Assembly: GCF_030028105.1 (NCBI RefSeq)
Contig: NC_092370.1
Location: 114,230,443-114,294,442 of the forward strand
DNA from: Mobula birostris
Lineage: Eukaryota
Length of the DNA stretch: 64,000 bases
Direction: 5' to 3'
The notes beneath the pieces are model-generated. The model did not search any database, was not told the DNA's origin, and saw only the letters and a list, made by a program, of their open reading frames with translations. The translations under genes were made by a program, and so were the position numbers. Below, piece after piece: positions 20,826 to 34,094 of this stretch. Within the stretch, counting starts at the first letter, position 1. Each line of letters opens with the position of its first letter.

Positions 20826-23800
20826 CATAGAAACATAGAAAAGTACATCATAGAAACAGGCGTTCGACCGATTTAATCCGAGCCGAGTCATTTAAACTGT
20901 CTAGTTCCTTCGACCTGCACCCGGACCACAGCCCATTAAAACGGCGGAAAACCATGTACCTATCCAAACTTCTCTTAAACGTTGAAATCGAGGCCGCATG
21001 TACCAGTAGCGCTGGCAATTCGTACTACATCCTCATAAACCTCTGAGAGAAGACGTTTCCCCTTATGTTTCTCTTCAACATTTCATCTGTCACCCTTAAC
21101 CAATCACCTCTAGTTGTAGTCCCGCCCAACCTCAGTGGAAAAAGACTATCTGTACCCTTTATAATTGTATATACCTGTATCAAATCTCCCCTCCATCTTC
21201 TACGTTTGAAGGTATAAAGTCCTAACCTATTCAATCTTTCCTTATAACTCAGGTTCTCTAGTCCTGGCAATATCCTGGCAATTTTTCTCTGTATTTCTTC
21301 ATCTTTATTACATCTTTGCTGTAGGTAGGTGAGAAAAACCGCACAAAATACTCCAAAGTAGGTCCTACCAACATTTTAAAGAACTTCAACATCACATTGC
21401 AACTCCAGCACTGAAAACATTGATCTATGAAGGGCAATGTACCAAAAGTTTTCTATATGGCCCTTCCTACCCGTGACGCTACTGTCAATGAATTAGGGAC
21501 CTGTATTCACAGATCCCTTTGTCTACTAAACTCCTACAGCTCACTCTGTAAGACCTACCTTGGCTGGTCCTACCGAGGTGCAACACCTTGCATTTGTTTC
21601 TACAAACTCGAATAGTCTTCGTCACTGTTCACGACGCTCTCAGTCTTGGTGTGATCCACAAATTTACTAATCCAGTTAACCATATTATCATCCAGAACAT
21701 TGCTATAGATGAAAATCAACAGACCCAGCATCGATCCCTCTGACACACCACTAGTCAAACGTCTCCAGTCAGGGATGCCACCATCTACTACAACACTCTG
21801 GCCAATTTACTACCTCATCTTGAATGCCTAACAACTTAACCTTCATGACTAATTTCCCATGCTGGACCTTGTCAAATGTCTTGCTAAAGTCCATATAGAC
21901 AACATCCACTGCTTTGTTTTCATCAACTTTCCTGGTAAGCTCCTCGAAAAGCTCTATTAGTTTGGGGCATGATCTTGCACGCAAAAAAGCCACGCTGGCA
22001 ATGCCTAAACAGTGCATAGCTATCTAAATATTCACATATCCGGTCCCTTAGAATACCTTCCAATAAATTTCCTGCTGCTAATGTTAGACTCAGCAGCTTA
22101 TAATTTCCTGCTTTCTACTCAGAGCCTTTCTTTAAAGGCAGTACAACATTAGTTGTCCTCTAATCTTCCGCTGTCACATGTCACTAAGGATGATCTAAAT
22201 ATCTCTGCTAGGGCCCCTGCAATTTCTGCACTTGCCTCCCACAGGATTCAAAGGAACACATTATCGACTTCTGGGGATTTATCCGCCCAAATGTGCCTCA
22301 AGACAGCAAACACCTCCTCCTCTGTAATCTGTATAGGGTCCATGACCTCGTCGCCGCTTTACCTCACTTCTAAAGACTCAGTGTCTATCTCCCGAGTAAA
22401 TACAGATGCAAAAACAAAATCCATTTACGGTCTCCTCCATCTCTTCTGGCTCCACGCATAGATTACCATTCTGATCTTCCTGAAGACGAATTTTGTTCCT
22501 TGCAAACCTTTTGCTCTTAACGTATCTGTAGAATCCCTAAGGATTCTCCTTCAGCTTGTCTGCTAAGACAACGTCATGCCTTCTTTTAGCCTTCTTTCTT
22601 TTTCTTAAATATTCATTTGCATTTCTTATTCGCCATAAGTACCTCATCTGTTCCTACCTACAATGCACCTCTTTTTCTTCTTAACCAGGGTCTCCATATC
22701 TCTTGAACATCAAGTTTCCCTACATCTGTTATCTTTACCGTTTATTCTGACAGGCCTGTACGAGCTTTGTACTCTAAGAATGTTTCTTTTGAAGGCCACC
22801 GATTTGCCTGGAACACCTTTGCCAGAAAACAGCCTGTCCCAATCCATACTTGTCAGATCCATTCTGATACAATCAAAATTGGCGTTTCTCCAATTTAGAA
22901 TATCAGCCCACGGACCAGACCTATCTTCTTCCTATGTTTCTTGCAACAGGCTGCGATGTCTCTACAGATTTGCTCATCTGAATCCCGCGGTCTGTTGGGT
23001 GGTCTATAACATTGCCCTATTAGCGTGTTCATACCTTTTGTATTGATCATTTCCACCCATAAAGCTTCACTTGACAAGTTCTCCAGTCTGTCCTGACCGA
23101 ACAATGTTGTGATATTTCCCATGACTACAAACCCCATACCTCCCCCTTTAATCCCTCCCACTCCGTGTTGTATTAAAAAAACGGAACCCTGGGATATTGA
23201 GCTGCAAGTCCTGCACCTCCCGTAATCAAGTCTCATGAATGGCTACAATGTCATAATTCCATGTGCTGTTCCATGCCCTGAGTTTATTTGCCTCTCCTAC
23301 AATACTTATTGCATTGAGATATATGCAGCTCAGAACATTTGTCGCACATGCTGAACCTTCCGATTCCTGAATCAGTCTGAGATCTTAACAACAACTACTG
23401 TCCGCTGTCTGTTCTAGTACTCTGGTCTCTATTGCCTTGAAACTCTAGTTTAAACCCGCCCTTCCTCTCCCCCCCCCCTCCACACCCCATCCAGCGCACG
23501 TGTAAACCGAGCCTTCAGTACAGTTCCCACCGTTCCTGGAAGAGAGCCCGATGAGCAAAAAATCTGACACCTACCCGACTAAACCAAGTCCTTAGCAATG
23601 TGTTAAACTGCTTTATCTTTCTATTTCTGGCCTCACCAACACGTGGCACGAGTAACAACTCTGAGATTACAACCTTGGAGTCCCTGTCTTTTAACTTATC
23701 GCTTATCTAACTGAAATTCCTCTCTACTCTTCCTACCTATGTCGTTGGTACATATATGTACCACGGCCTCTGGCTGATCACCCTCCGACTTAAAAAAGCT

Positions 23801-25300
23801 GAGGATTCCATTTGTGAGATCCCGGACCTTGGCAACCTGGAGGCAACATAACTCACGGGAACCTCGTTCTCGTCCACAGAACCTACTTGCTGTTTGTAAC
23901 GTACTCCGTGACGGGTTAAAGAGCCAGCAGAGATGGAAAACACCTTGGAGTCTAGTATTGCTGTTAACTAATGCTATTTATTAGTAACTACGCAATACAG
24001 TAATATAAAATCAGATATATCAAACATGTCAGCAAAAATTATATATATATAAAACCAAGCCTCTTCAAGCCTAAGGGCTAAATCGATACAGTTTTACAGT
24101 GATGGGTAAAGTTCAGTTGAGTTCCTGGTAATGAGTTGAGTAGTGATGGAGAGAGAGAGAGAGATGTTGTGGTTGTCCGAGTAAGCCGATGCCGTCAATT
24201 CTTCCCGTTGTCTCCCTGGAGTCCTTTAGCAGTCACCGAATGTGACCACAACAAGGGGACCGTCTTCTGTGGGGGAGTTATCAACCCAGGCGAGGGTTGG
24301 GCACACTAATAACTTCCCAACGGTCACACCTTTTCCACACTGCGAAAGCCACTGATCGATTCTCCTGATCGTTCCTCCAAAAACCCACCTTTCTGTGGGC
24401 ACAACAAAGATCATCCAGTGCCCAAAACCATGTGTGTCTAACAACCAGCTGACATTGTAATTATCTCATCATACTGAACACCAGCTGTCCATCAAGTAGC
24501 TCCTCCCTTCTCTCTCTGTAGGTACTCAGAAGCTGGCAGTATCCTCACAGAAATTCCAAACAAACTGTGAGCAGTCTTCGCCTCTCTCTCTCTCCCTCAA
24601 TAACAAGTTGTTTGTGCTGTACAGCTCTCAGCGGTGCCTCCACCAGTTGCACGCTCTCTCTCTCTCTTTTTAAAAGCACAGTTCATAAGGGATAATTCAG
24701 GATCCCGTCACACTGTTTCCGTAACAAACGAAAGCACTATCATCACAGCTGTCCTGTTCTCCATCCCCCATCCTCCCTTCCCTTCTGGCCAGACTCAGTG
24801 CCAGAGACCTGACCGCTGTGACTTTCCTCTGCTAGCTCATTCTCACTACTACCCCCCCCCCCCGCCCCCACCACGCGGCAACAGTATCCTATTGTTGACT
24901 GGGATGGCCACAGGGGTACTCTGCGTTGGCTAATTAATCTCTTCCTCCTTTCTGACTACCACCCTGTCTTCTGTGCCCCGAGCTTTGGGTGTAATTATCT
25001 CTCTATATATCCTGTCAATCGCCGCCTCAGTCTCCGAAATGATCTGGAGTTTATGCAGTTCCAGCTCCAACTCCTTAATGTGGGGTGTCTGAAGCTGCAG
25101 CTGGATGCATTTCTCACAGGTGAAGTCATCAGAGACACTGGAGGTCTTCCTGCCTTCCCACATCACGCAGGAGGTGTATTCAACTACCCCGCGTGGCATC
25201 CCTACTGTTCTGACCGTGCAAATATAAAGAAAGAAGCTAAAAATAAAATCTACCTTCAGTTTGATCACCTTCTCTCACTCAAGCCTCACCTCGCTGAATT
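20826..25300 (-). mobile_element. Long, old CR1 LINE (ORF1 zinc-finger/esterase, APE endonuclease, RT), interrupted by a solo LTR
   Basis: CATAGAAA tail at 20826. ORF remnants LSYKERLNRLGLY, VDVVYMDFSKTFDKV, LWVE...CYRPPN, and ORF1 SCVMWE...TCEKCIQLQL. Confidence 0.9.
23895..24712 (-). mobile_element. Solo LTR, 818 bp, with 5-bp TSD CTGTT
   Basis: Starts TGTAAC, ends TCACA. CTGTT at 23890-23894 and 24713-24717. AATAAA on minus at 23983-23978. The host CR1 resumes across it. Confidence 0.85.
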
Positions 25301-26019
25301 CTCAGTGGTCTCATATAACAGAGACCACTCCAACAAAGGCCGCTCCAGAAATTGCCACTCCACTTGCCCCTGTCATACTTTAATATGTTCTTGCCAATCA
25401 ATCTCGATCACTGACTGTTCAAAAACCAAACTCGCACGAATAGATGCCTTATGTACTCAATCGGGAGTGAGCTTTGTCTTCTCACGCTGATTGGCTTCTG
25501 TTCAAAGTTGTGAAAACAATTCAGTTGGTTAGATTGTATTAGTACATGGTTAATTTAACTTGCACCAGCTTCTCTATTACTTAATGAAATAATCAATTAT
25601 TTTAATTAAATCCATTTTGCATCTTACAAGTCCATGATCGCTCACCTGCGTTATCCGCTGCAAGTGCCTGTTGATTTTCTTCTTTAACTTAACTTTTACC
25701 GATGTTGCTATCAGACTGATTGGTCAATAGTCTCTAGGAAAATGCATCCACTTTTTCCTAAACAAAGGTGTCACTTTCTTCTTTACCTGGGGAAATGGAA
25801 TATGACGGCAAATCACTGTATTGTCTGACTCCAGTTTCCTCAGAAAACCTGGATACAAGCCATCTGTACCAGGTGTCTTATCCACTTCCAGCATTCCCCG
25901 CCTTTCCAGCACATTCTACCAATAAATATTAACCCCGCCCAATGCCCCTACCATCCTGACTTCCACCAATGTGTATCGCCATCTTTTACCTTATTAAGCA
26001 CCTCTATGAAATGAAAAAT

Positions 26020-26400
26020 TTTGCGGACGCTGGAAATCTAAATCTACACACGGAAAATGCTGGAGATACTCGGCAGGTCAGGTAGTACATTTGGAAATTA
26101 ATAACAGTGGATATTTCCGGTCGACACTCTTCGTCAGAACTGGAAAGGAAGGGCGACGTCGCCAGAATTTAAAGGTGGGGAGAGGGGTGGAAGGAGGATT
26201 GCAAGAAGGTAATGGTGAAAACAGGTGAGAGGGAAAGGTTAAAGGGCTGGAGAAAAAGGAAGGAAACAGGGAAGAAGGAGAGGTGGAAGAAAAAGGGGCA
26301 CCAGGGGAAGGTGATAGGTAGGTGAGGAGAGGAGAATAAGTAAAGGGGAGACAAAGCGGTCACTTGATGGCATTCTGAAGTAAAAACTCTTTACATGGAA
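26020..26400 (-). mobile_element. Penelope-like element 3' end / pseudo-LTR remnant; paralog at 53281-53540
   Basis: GATGCTGGAAATC-type end, hammerhead-like CTGACGA...GAAA at 26137-26114, purine-rich tract. Confidence 0.6.
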
Positions 26401-26544
26401 AACAATATGCTTTCACATATCAACTTAATTATATCTAATATCAGATTTACAGACTCAGGGCTCCAACTAACAGGCCTTGACAAGGCTTCTGACTCGACCC
26501 TTGAGCTTTGATTCTCGGCATCGATATTAGATATACTGTAATTA

Positions 26545-27440
26545 GAATTAGATTCGGGTTTAATATCACTGGCATATTTCAAGAAATCTGTTGTTTTGCG
26601 GCAGCTGTATATTAAAATACGTAATAATAAAAACTATCAATTACAATAAGGAGTATATATAAAAAGACTCTCTAAGTGACATAAGTAGTGCAAAAAGAGA
26701 GGGGAAAATACTGAGACAGTGTTCATGGGTTGATTATCCATTCAGAAATCTGATGCCGGAGGGTAAGGAGCTGTTCTTGAAACGTTGAGTTCTGCTCATG
26801 TGTAAAAGTCCAGATGCTGACACCAGGCAGATCATTTATGTGGACAGCATCTGCTAAGGCAAGATGTTTCTTCTGTTCACAACATCACTTTTAAAATATA
26901 AACTTTGGTCATCTCGGCATCATCCCTGAAGCCTACTGGATACAGTGGACATGGTATTGATTAGTTTGATAGCATCACCATCGCACAGCTGATGAGGCAC
27001 TTCTATATTCACCATGTCCTGTCCAAAACAGAAAGTATTCAAACCCTCCACCGACAAACAGATTTGCTAATGGTTCCTTCCAGAAGCTCATTGCTGGACA
27101 GCACTGTGGGGCTATTAAAACAAAGACTTCACATAATCTGAAAGGTGTCTTCCCCTAGGCTGTTAATCTGATCAATTATTGCACTTAGCCGGTCACTGCT
27201 CTGCACTGTAGACACTTTAAACCACTTTTTACAATACTGTTTGTATTGTAGATGAATATTACTATGTACACTATGTATTTATGCACAGTTTATCCTGTAT
27301 CCGTCCTTTACCACTAACTTCATTTTTATCATGATTAAATGTAGTTGTTTTCTATTGCATGTTGTACCCTGACCAAGATACCACAGCAAATTTATGATAC
27401 GTGCAAATGTATAAACGTATACGGTAATAAAGTCAATCCT
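26545..27440. mobile_element. Two Rex1/Babar 3' remnants in opposite orientations; paralog at 54735-55520
   Basis: Minus-type tail GGGTTTAATATCACTGGCATAT. The plus fragment encodes ...AIKTKTSHNLKGVFP*AVNLIN, like the Rex1 C-terminus. Confidence 0.55.
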
Positions 27441-27955
27441 TGGTCCTCGATTGTTCTCAACTTCTGCACGTTTTGTCGCTGACTGTGATAATACTCTTGT
27501 ATTGGCATGTCAGCATGCTTCCTAAAACATTGTTGCTTCAGTTCAGACTAACATAAATAACATTCTTTTTTCCAAACGATTATACAGTGGCATGCAAAGG
27601 TTTGGGCACACCTGGTCAAAATTTCTGTTGCTTTGAATATTTAAGTGAGTAGAAGATGAAATGATCTCCAAAAGTCATAAAGTTAAAGATGAAACATTCC
27701 TTTCAACATTTTAAGCAAGATTAGTGTATTATTTTTGGTTGGTACAATTTTAGAGTGAAGAAAGTAAAGGAGCACCATGCAAACGCTTCAGCACCCCAAG
27801 AGATTTGAGCTCTACGATAAATTTTACCACGGTCTCAGACCTTAATTAGGGCTATGGCTTGTTCACAGTCATCGTTAGGAAAGGCCAGGTGATGCAAATT
27901 TCAAAGCTTTATAAATACCCTGACTCCTCAAACCTCGTCCCAACAATCAGCAGCC

Positions 27956-29103
27956 ATGAGGCCTCTGAACAGCTGCCTAGCCCTCTAACAATTAAAATAA
28001 ATGATGCCTACAAAGCAGGTGAAGGCTATAAAAAGACAGCAAAGCGTTTTCAGCTATCCGTTTCCTCAGTTCATAATGTAATTAAGAAATGGCAGTTAAC
28101 TGGAACGGTGGAAGTCAAGCTGAGGTCTGGAAGAACAAGAACACTTTCCGAGAGAACTGCTCGCAGGCTTGCTAGAAAGGCAAATCAAAACCCCTGTTCG
28201 ACTGCAAAAGACCTTCAGTAAGATTTAGCAGACTCTGGAGTGGTGGTGCACTGTTCTACTGTGCAGCAACACCTGCACAAATATGACCTTCATGGAAGAG
28301 TCATCAGAACAAAACCTTTCCTGAGTCCTCACCACAAAATTCAGCATCAGAAGTTTGCAAAGGAACAACTAGATAAGCCTAAACAACAGGAATTCTGCAG
28401 ATGCTGGAAATTCAAGCAACACACATCAAAGTTGCTGGTGAACGCAGCAGGCCAGGCAGCATCTGTAGGAAGAGGTGCAGTCGACGTTTCAGGCCGAGAC
28501 CCTTCGCCTGATGCATTTTGGAAACAAGTCCTGTGGACTGATGGAGTTAAAATAGAACTTTTTGGCCACAATGAGCAAAGGTATGTTTGGAGGAAAAGGG
28601 TGCAGAATTTCATGAAAAGAACACCTCTCCAACTGATAAGCACAGGGGAGGATTGATGATGCTTTGGGCTTGTGTTGCAGCCAGTGACACGGGGAATATT
28701 TCACTGGTAGAGGGAAGAATGTATTCAATTAAATACCAGCAAATTCTGGAAGTAAACATCACACCGTCCATAAAAAAGCCGAAGATGAAAAGAGGATGGC
28801 TTCTACAACAAGATAATGATCCTAAACACCACTCAAAATCCACAATATACTACCTCAAGAGGCGCAAGCTGAAGGTTTTGCTATGGCCCTCACAGTCCCC
28901 TGACCTAAACATCATCGAAAATCTGGATAGATCTCAAAAGAGCAGTGCATGCAAGACGGCCCAAGAATCTCACAGAACTAGAAGCCTTTTCCAAGGAATA
29001 TTGGGCGAAAATCCCCCAAACAAGAACTGAAAGACTCTTAGCTGGCTACAGAAAGCGTTTTCAAGCTGTGGTGCTTACCAAAGGGGATGTTACTAAGTAC
29101 TGA
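27956..29103 (+). pseudogene. Tc1 transposase pseudogene (DD34E type)
   Basis: HTH motifs AGEGYKK and SGRTRTLSERTAR; catalytic motifs LWTD, QQDNDPKH, SPDLNIIENL. In-frame TAA at 28219-28221, frameshifts, and an internal insertion. Confidence 0.92.
28381..28506 (-). mobile_element. 126-bp 5'-truncated Penelope-like end inserted into the Tc1 transposase, with CCT duplicated
   Basis: Removing the insert and one CCT restores L-D-K-P-D-A-F-W-K-Q-V. Contains GACGTTTCAGGCCGAGACCCTTCG. Confidence 0.8.
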
Positions 29104-30044
29104 CCATGCAGGGTGCCCAAACTTTTGCTTCGGGCACTTCTCCTTTTTTGTTATTTTGAAACTGTAAAAAATGGAAATAAAAAAGTAATCTTGCTTAAAA
29201 TATTAAAGAAATGTGCTATCTTTTACTCGCTTAGTTATTCACAGTAACATAAATTTTGATTAGGGGTGCTCAAACATTTGCATGCCACTGTAATATCCAG
29301 CAGCAAGTGAACTAAAGACCAACATGTTTTTTTCAGACTTCTGGCCATGATTCTTCCAAAATCAATTTCTATTTTTAATGCTATATTAGGGAAATTTACT
29401 CAAGTACTGAGTACTTCGCAACAACCAGGTGATAATGTTAATGCCATGTAGGCATATGGCTATTTTAGTGGGTATTATTTAGGTTTTTCAGAGTCTAATC
29501 ATGCCTGTAGTGAACCTGTTTTGAGTATTTCTGCCATTTGAACAATCAGTGTTTCTGCTGGAGGAAGCATTCAAATTCAGATTCATTTATTTATCACATC
29601 TGCAACAAAACATACAGCGAAACCTGTTGTTTGCGTTAACCATCAACAAAAGTTAAGGATGCGCTGGGGGCAGCCCATAAGTGTTGGCACAGATTCCTGA
29701 GCTAACATTGCATGGCTAGCAATTTCAGTAGAACACAAGAAGCAACAACAAGATCAACAACAGCACCATTGCTTTCAATTTAATCTCTTCCAGCCGATGT
29801 TACCAGGTCTGCATACATTGGATCAGGCCAGTCAGTTAGGTGGCCACTGTAAATTATCCTTCAGAGTAGGTAAATACCAAAGTATTCCAAGGATTGATGG
29901 GAGTGAGAGAGAGAATAAGTTGTTGACTTACAGGTAAATAAGGAAAGGAAATGAGACTGATGAGATTGTTCTGTTGGGAGCCAGCATGGTCTCAAAGGGT
30001 TGAAAAGGCTCCTCCTGTGTATAAGAACTTCTTACTTCTTAAGG

Positions 30045-31203
30045 CAGGTCGTGCTTTAAGGGATTTGATAAGGTTCCCCAGGCAGGGCCTCGTCAGAAAG
30101 AAAGTAGGCATGGGATCCAAGGAGACCTTGCTTTGTGGATCCAGAATTGGCTTGCCTACAGAAGGCAAAGTGTGGTTGTAGATGGTTAGTATTATGCATG
30201 GAGGTCGGTGACCAGTGGTGTTCCACGGGGATTTGTTCTGGGACCCCCTCCTCTTTGTGATTTTTACAAATGACCCGGATAAAGAAGTAGAAGTGTGGGT
30301 TAGTAAGTTTGCTGATGATACAATGGTTGGGGTGTTGTGTATAGTCTGAAGTGTTGTCAGAGGTTACAGCAGGACATCGATACGATGCAGAACTGGGCTG
30401 AGAAGTGGCAGATGGGCTTCAATCCAGGTAAGTGTGAAGTGGCTCATTTTGGTAGGTCGAATTTGAAGACAGAATATCATATTAATGGTAAGAGTCTTGG
30501 CAGTGTGGAGGATCTGAGATATCTTGGGGTCCGTGTCCATGGGACACTCAAAGCTGCTGCGCAGGTTGACAATGTTATTAAGAATGCGTATGGTGTGTTG
30601 GCATTCATCAACCGTGGGACTGAGTTCATGAGCTGTGAGGTAATGTTACACCTATATAAGACCTTGGTCAGATCCCACTTGGAGTACTGTGTTCAGTTCT
30701 GGTCACCTCACTACAGGAAGAATGTCGATACCATAGACAGAGTGCAGAGGAAATTTACAAGGATGTTGCCTGGATTGGAGGGCGTACCTAATGAGAATAC
30801 GTTGAGTGAACTTGGCCTTTTCTCCTTGGAGCAACGGAGGATGAGAGGTGACCAGATACGGGTGTATAAGATGATGAGGGGCATTGATCATGTGGATAGC
30901 CAGAGGCTTTTTCATAGGGCTGGAATGTCTACCACGAGGGGACGTCGTTTTAAGGTGCTTGGAAGTAGGTACAGAGGAGATGCCAGGGGTAAGGTTTTGA
31001 CACAGAGAGTAGTGCCAGCGACGGTGGCGGCAGCGAATTCAATAGGGCCTATTAAGAGCTTCTTAGATAGGTACATGGAGCTTAGAAAAATAGAGGGCTA
31101 TGCACCAGGGAAATTCTAGGCAGTTTCTAGACTAGGTAACGTGGTCGGCACAACATAGTGGGCCGAAGGGCCCGTAATGTGGTGTAGATTCTATGTTCTA
31201 TGT
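30045..31203 (+). mobile_element. 5'-truncated CR1 (RT C-terminal part), specific to copy 1
   Basis: ORF 30337-31119 (WAEKWQM.FN..KC, LVRSHLEYCVQFWSP). TTCTATG tail. Empty site near 57892. Confidence 0.92.
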
Positions 31204-31414
31204 ATTGATTACAATATTGGAGGCCTTTCAGTCCATCAAGCCATGCTGATTGTGCAGCTCCAGCTCATGTTTAAAAGAGGAAAGAACTTGCAAATATAGC
31301 GTACTTGCATTTATTGGTTAAGGGATTGACTATAAATTTTGGAAGTCATATTAAATTTTTTTATTAAAATTTGGTTAGGCCACATTCAGTATCTCGTGTG
31401 CAGTTTTAGTCATC

Positions 31415-34094
31415 GTGATCACAGAGACATGACTCCAGGGTGACCAAGGATGGGAGCTCAGCATTCAGGGATATTCAATATTCAGGAGGGATAGACATGA
31501 AAGAAAAGGAGGTGGGGTGGCGTTGCTGGTTAGAGAGGAGATTAACGCAATAGAAAGGAAGGACATAAACCGGGAGGGTGTGGAATCGATATGGGTAGAG
31601 CTGCATAACACTAAGGGGCAGAAAACGCTGGTGGGAGTTGTGTACAGGCCACCTAACAGTAGTACTGAGGTTGGGGATGGTATTAAACAGGAAATTAGAA
31701 ATGTGTGCAATAAAGGAACAGCAGTTATAATGGGTGACTTCAATCTACATGTAGATTGGGTGAACCAAATTGGTAAAGGTGCTGAGGAAGAGGATTTCTT
31801 CAAATGTATGCGGGATGGTTTTTTGAACCAACATGTCGAGGAACCAACTACAGAGCAGGCTATTCTAGACTGGGTATTGAGCAATGAGGAAGGGTTAATT
31901 AGCAATCTTGTCGTGAGAGGCCCCTTGTGTAAGAGTGACCATAATATGGTGGAATTCTTCATTAAGATGGAGAGTGACATAGTTAATTCAGAAACAAAGG
32001 TTCTGAACTTAAAGAAGGGTAACTTTGAAGGTATGAGACGAGAATTAGCTAAGATAGACTGGCAAATGACACTTAAAGGGTTGACTGTGGATATGCAATG
32101 GCAAGCATTTAAAGATCGCATGGATGAACTACAACAATCCTTCATCCCAGTTTGGCAAAAGAAAAAATCAAGGAAGGTAGTGCACCCGTGGCTGACAAGG
32201 GAAATTAGGGATAGTATCAATTCCAAAAAAGAAGCATACAAATTAGCCAGAAAAAGTGGCTCACCTGAGGACTGGGAGAAATTCAGAGTCAGCAGAGGAG
32301 GACAAAGGGCTTAATTAGGAAGGGGAAAAAAGATTATGAGAGAAAACTGGCAGGGAACATAAAAACTGACTGTAAAAGTTTTTATAGATATGTGAAAAGA
32401 AAAAGATTGGTTAAGACAAATGTAGGTCCCCTACAGACAGAAACGGGTGAATTGATTATGGGGAACAAGGACATGGCAGACCAATTGAATAATTATTTTG
32501 GTTCTGTCTTCACGAAGGAGGACATAAATAATCTTCCGGAAATAGTAGGGGACAGAGGGTCCAGTGAGATGGAGGAACTGAGGGAAATACATGTTAGTAG
32601 GGAAGTGGTGTTAGGTAAATTGAAGGGATTAAAGGCGGATAAATCCCCAGGGCTAGATGGTCTGCATCCCAGAGTGCTTAAGGAAGTAGCCTAAGAAATA
32701 GTGGATGCATTAGTGATAATTTTTCAAAACTCTTTAGATTCTGGACTAGTTCTTGAGGATTGGAAGGTGGCTAATGTAACCCCACTTTTTAAAAAAGGAG
32801 GGAGAGAGAAACCAGGGAATTATAGACCCGTTAGCCTAATATCGGTGGTGGGGAAACTGCTAGAGTCAGTTATCAAAGATGTGATAACCGCACATTTGGA
32901 AAGTGGTGAAATCATCGGACAAAGTCAGCATGGAATTGTGAAAGGAAAATCATGTCTGACGAATCTCATAGAGTTTTTTGAGGATGTAACTAGTAGAGTG
33001 GTTAGGGGAGAACCAGTGGATGTGGTATATTTGGATTTTCAAAAGGCTTTTGACAAGGTCACACACAGGAGATTAGTGTGCAAACTTAAAGCACACGGTA
33101 TTGGGGGTAAGGTATTGATGTGGATAGAGAATTGGTTGGCAGACAGGAAGCAAAAAGTGGGGATAAACGGGTCCTTTTCAGAATGGCAGGCAGTGACTAG
33201 TGGGGTACCGCAAGGTTCAGTGCTGGGACCCCAGTTGTTTACAATATATATTAATGATTTGGATGAGGGAATTAAATGCAGCATCTCCAAGTTTGCGGAT
33301 GACACGAAGCTACGAGGCAGTGTTAGCTGTGAGGAGGATGCTAAGAGGATGCAGGGTGACTTGGATAGGTTAGGTGAGTGGGCAAATTCATGGCAGATGC
33401 AATTTCATGTGGATAAATGTGAAGTTATTCACTTTGGTGGCAAAAACAGGAAAACAGATTATTATCTGAATGGTGGCCAATTAGGAAAAGAGGAGGTGCA
33501 ACGAGACCTGAGTGTCATTATACACCAGTCATTGAAAGTGGGCATGCAGGTACAACAGGCGGTGAAAAAGGCGAATGGTATGCTGGCATTTATAGCAAGA
33601 GGATTTGAGTACAGGAGCAGGGAGGTACTACTGCAGTTGTACAAGGCCTTGGTGAGACCACACCTGGAGTATTGTGTGCAGTTTTGGTCCCCTAATCTGA
33701 GGAAAGACATCCTTGCCATAGAGGGAGTACAAAGAAGGTTCACCAGATTGATTTCTGGGATGGCAGGACTTTCATATGATGAAAGACTGGATGAACTAGG
33801 GTTATACTCGTTGGAATTTAGAAGATTGAGGGGGGATCTGATTGAAAGTACAGAGAGTGGTGAATCTGTGGAATTCTCTGCCACAGGAAAGAGTTGAGGC
33901 CAGTTCATTGGCTATATTTAAGAGGGAGTTAGATATGGCCCTTGTGGCTAAAGGGATCAGGAGGTATGGAGGGAAGGCTGGTACAGGGTTCTGAGTTGGA
34001 TGATCAGCCATGATCATACTGAATGGCGGTGCAGGCTCGAAGGGCCGAATGGCCTACTCCTGCACTTATTTTCCATGTTTCTATGTTTCTATGT
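31415..34094 (+). mobile_element. Relatively young 5'-truncated CR1 ORF2 (APE + RT), disrupted; specific to copy 1
   Basis: ORFs 31517-32314 (VYRPP, GDFN, SDHN), 32392-32694 and 32701-33897 (YRPVSL, DFQKAFD, GVPQGSVLGP, FADD). One frameshift, a TAA at 32692 and a 3' deletion. TTCTATGT tail. Empty site near 58221. Confidence 0.96.

Larger units (their letters stand above)
27585..29290 (+). mobile_element. Tc1-family DNA transposon, full length (1706 bp), TA TSD
   Basis: Left TIR CAGTGGCATGCAAAGGTTTGGGCACACCT; the right end matches at 26 of 29 nt. TA at 27583-84 and 29291-92. Inner repeats near 27778 and 29112. Empty TA site at 55677-55678 in copy 2. Confidence 0.95.

Noticed and set aside
32701-33897. 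398-aa RT ORF as an active retrotransposon
   Set aside because: The element is 5'-truncated, lacks ORF1, and has an upstream frameshift, a stop at 32692 and a 3' deletion.
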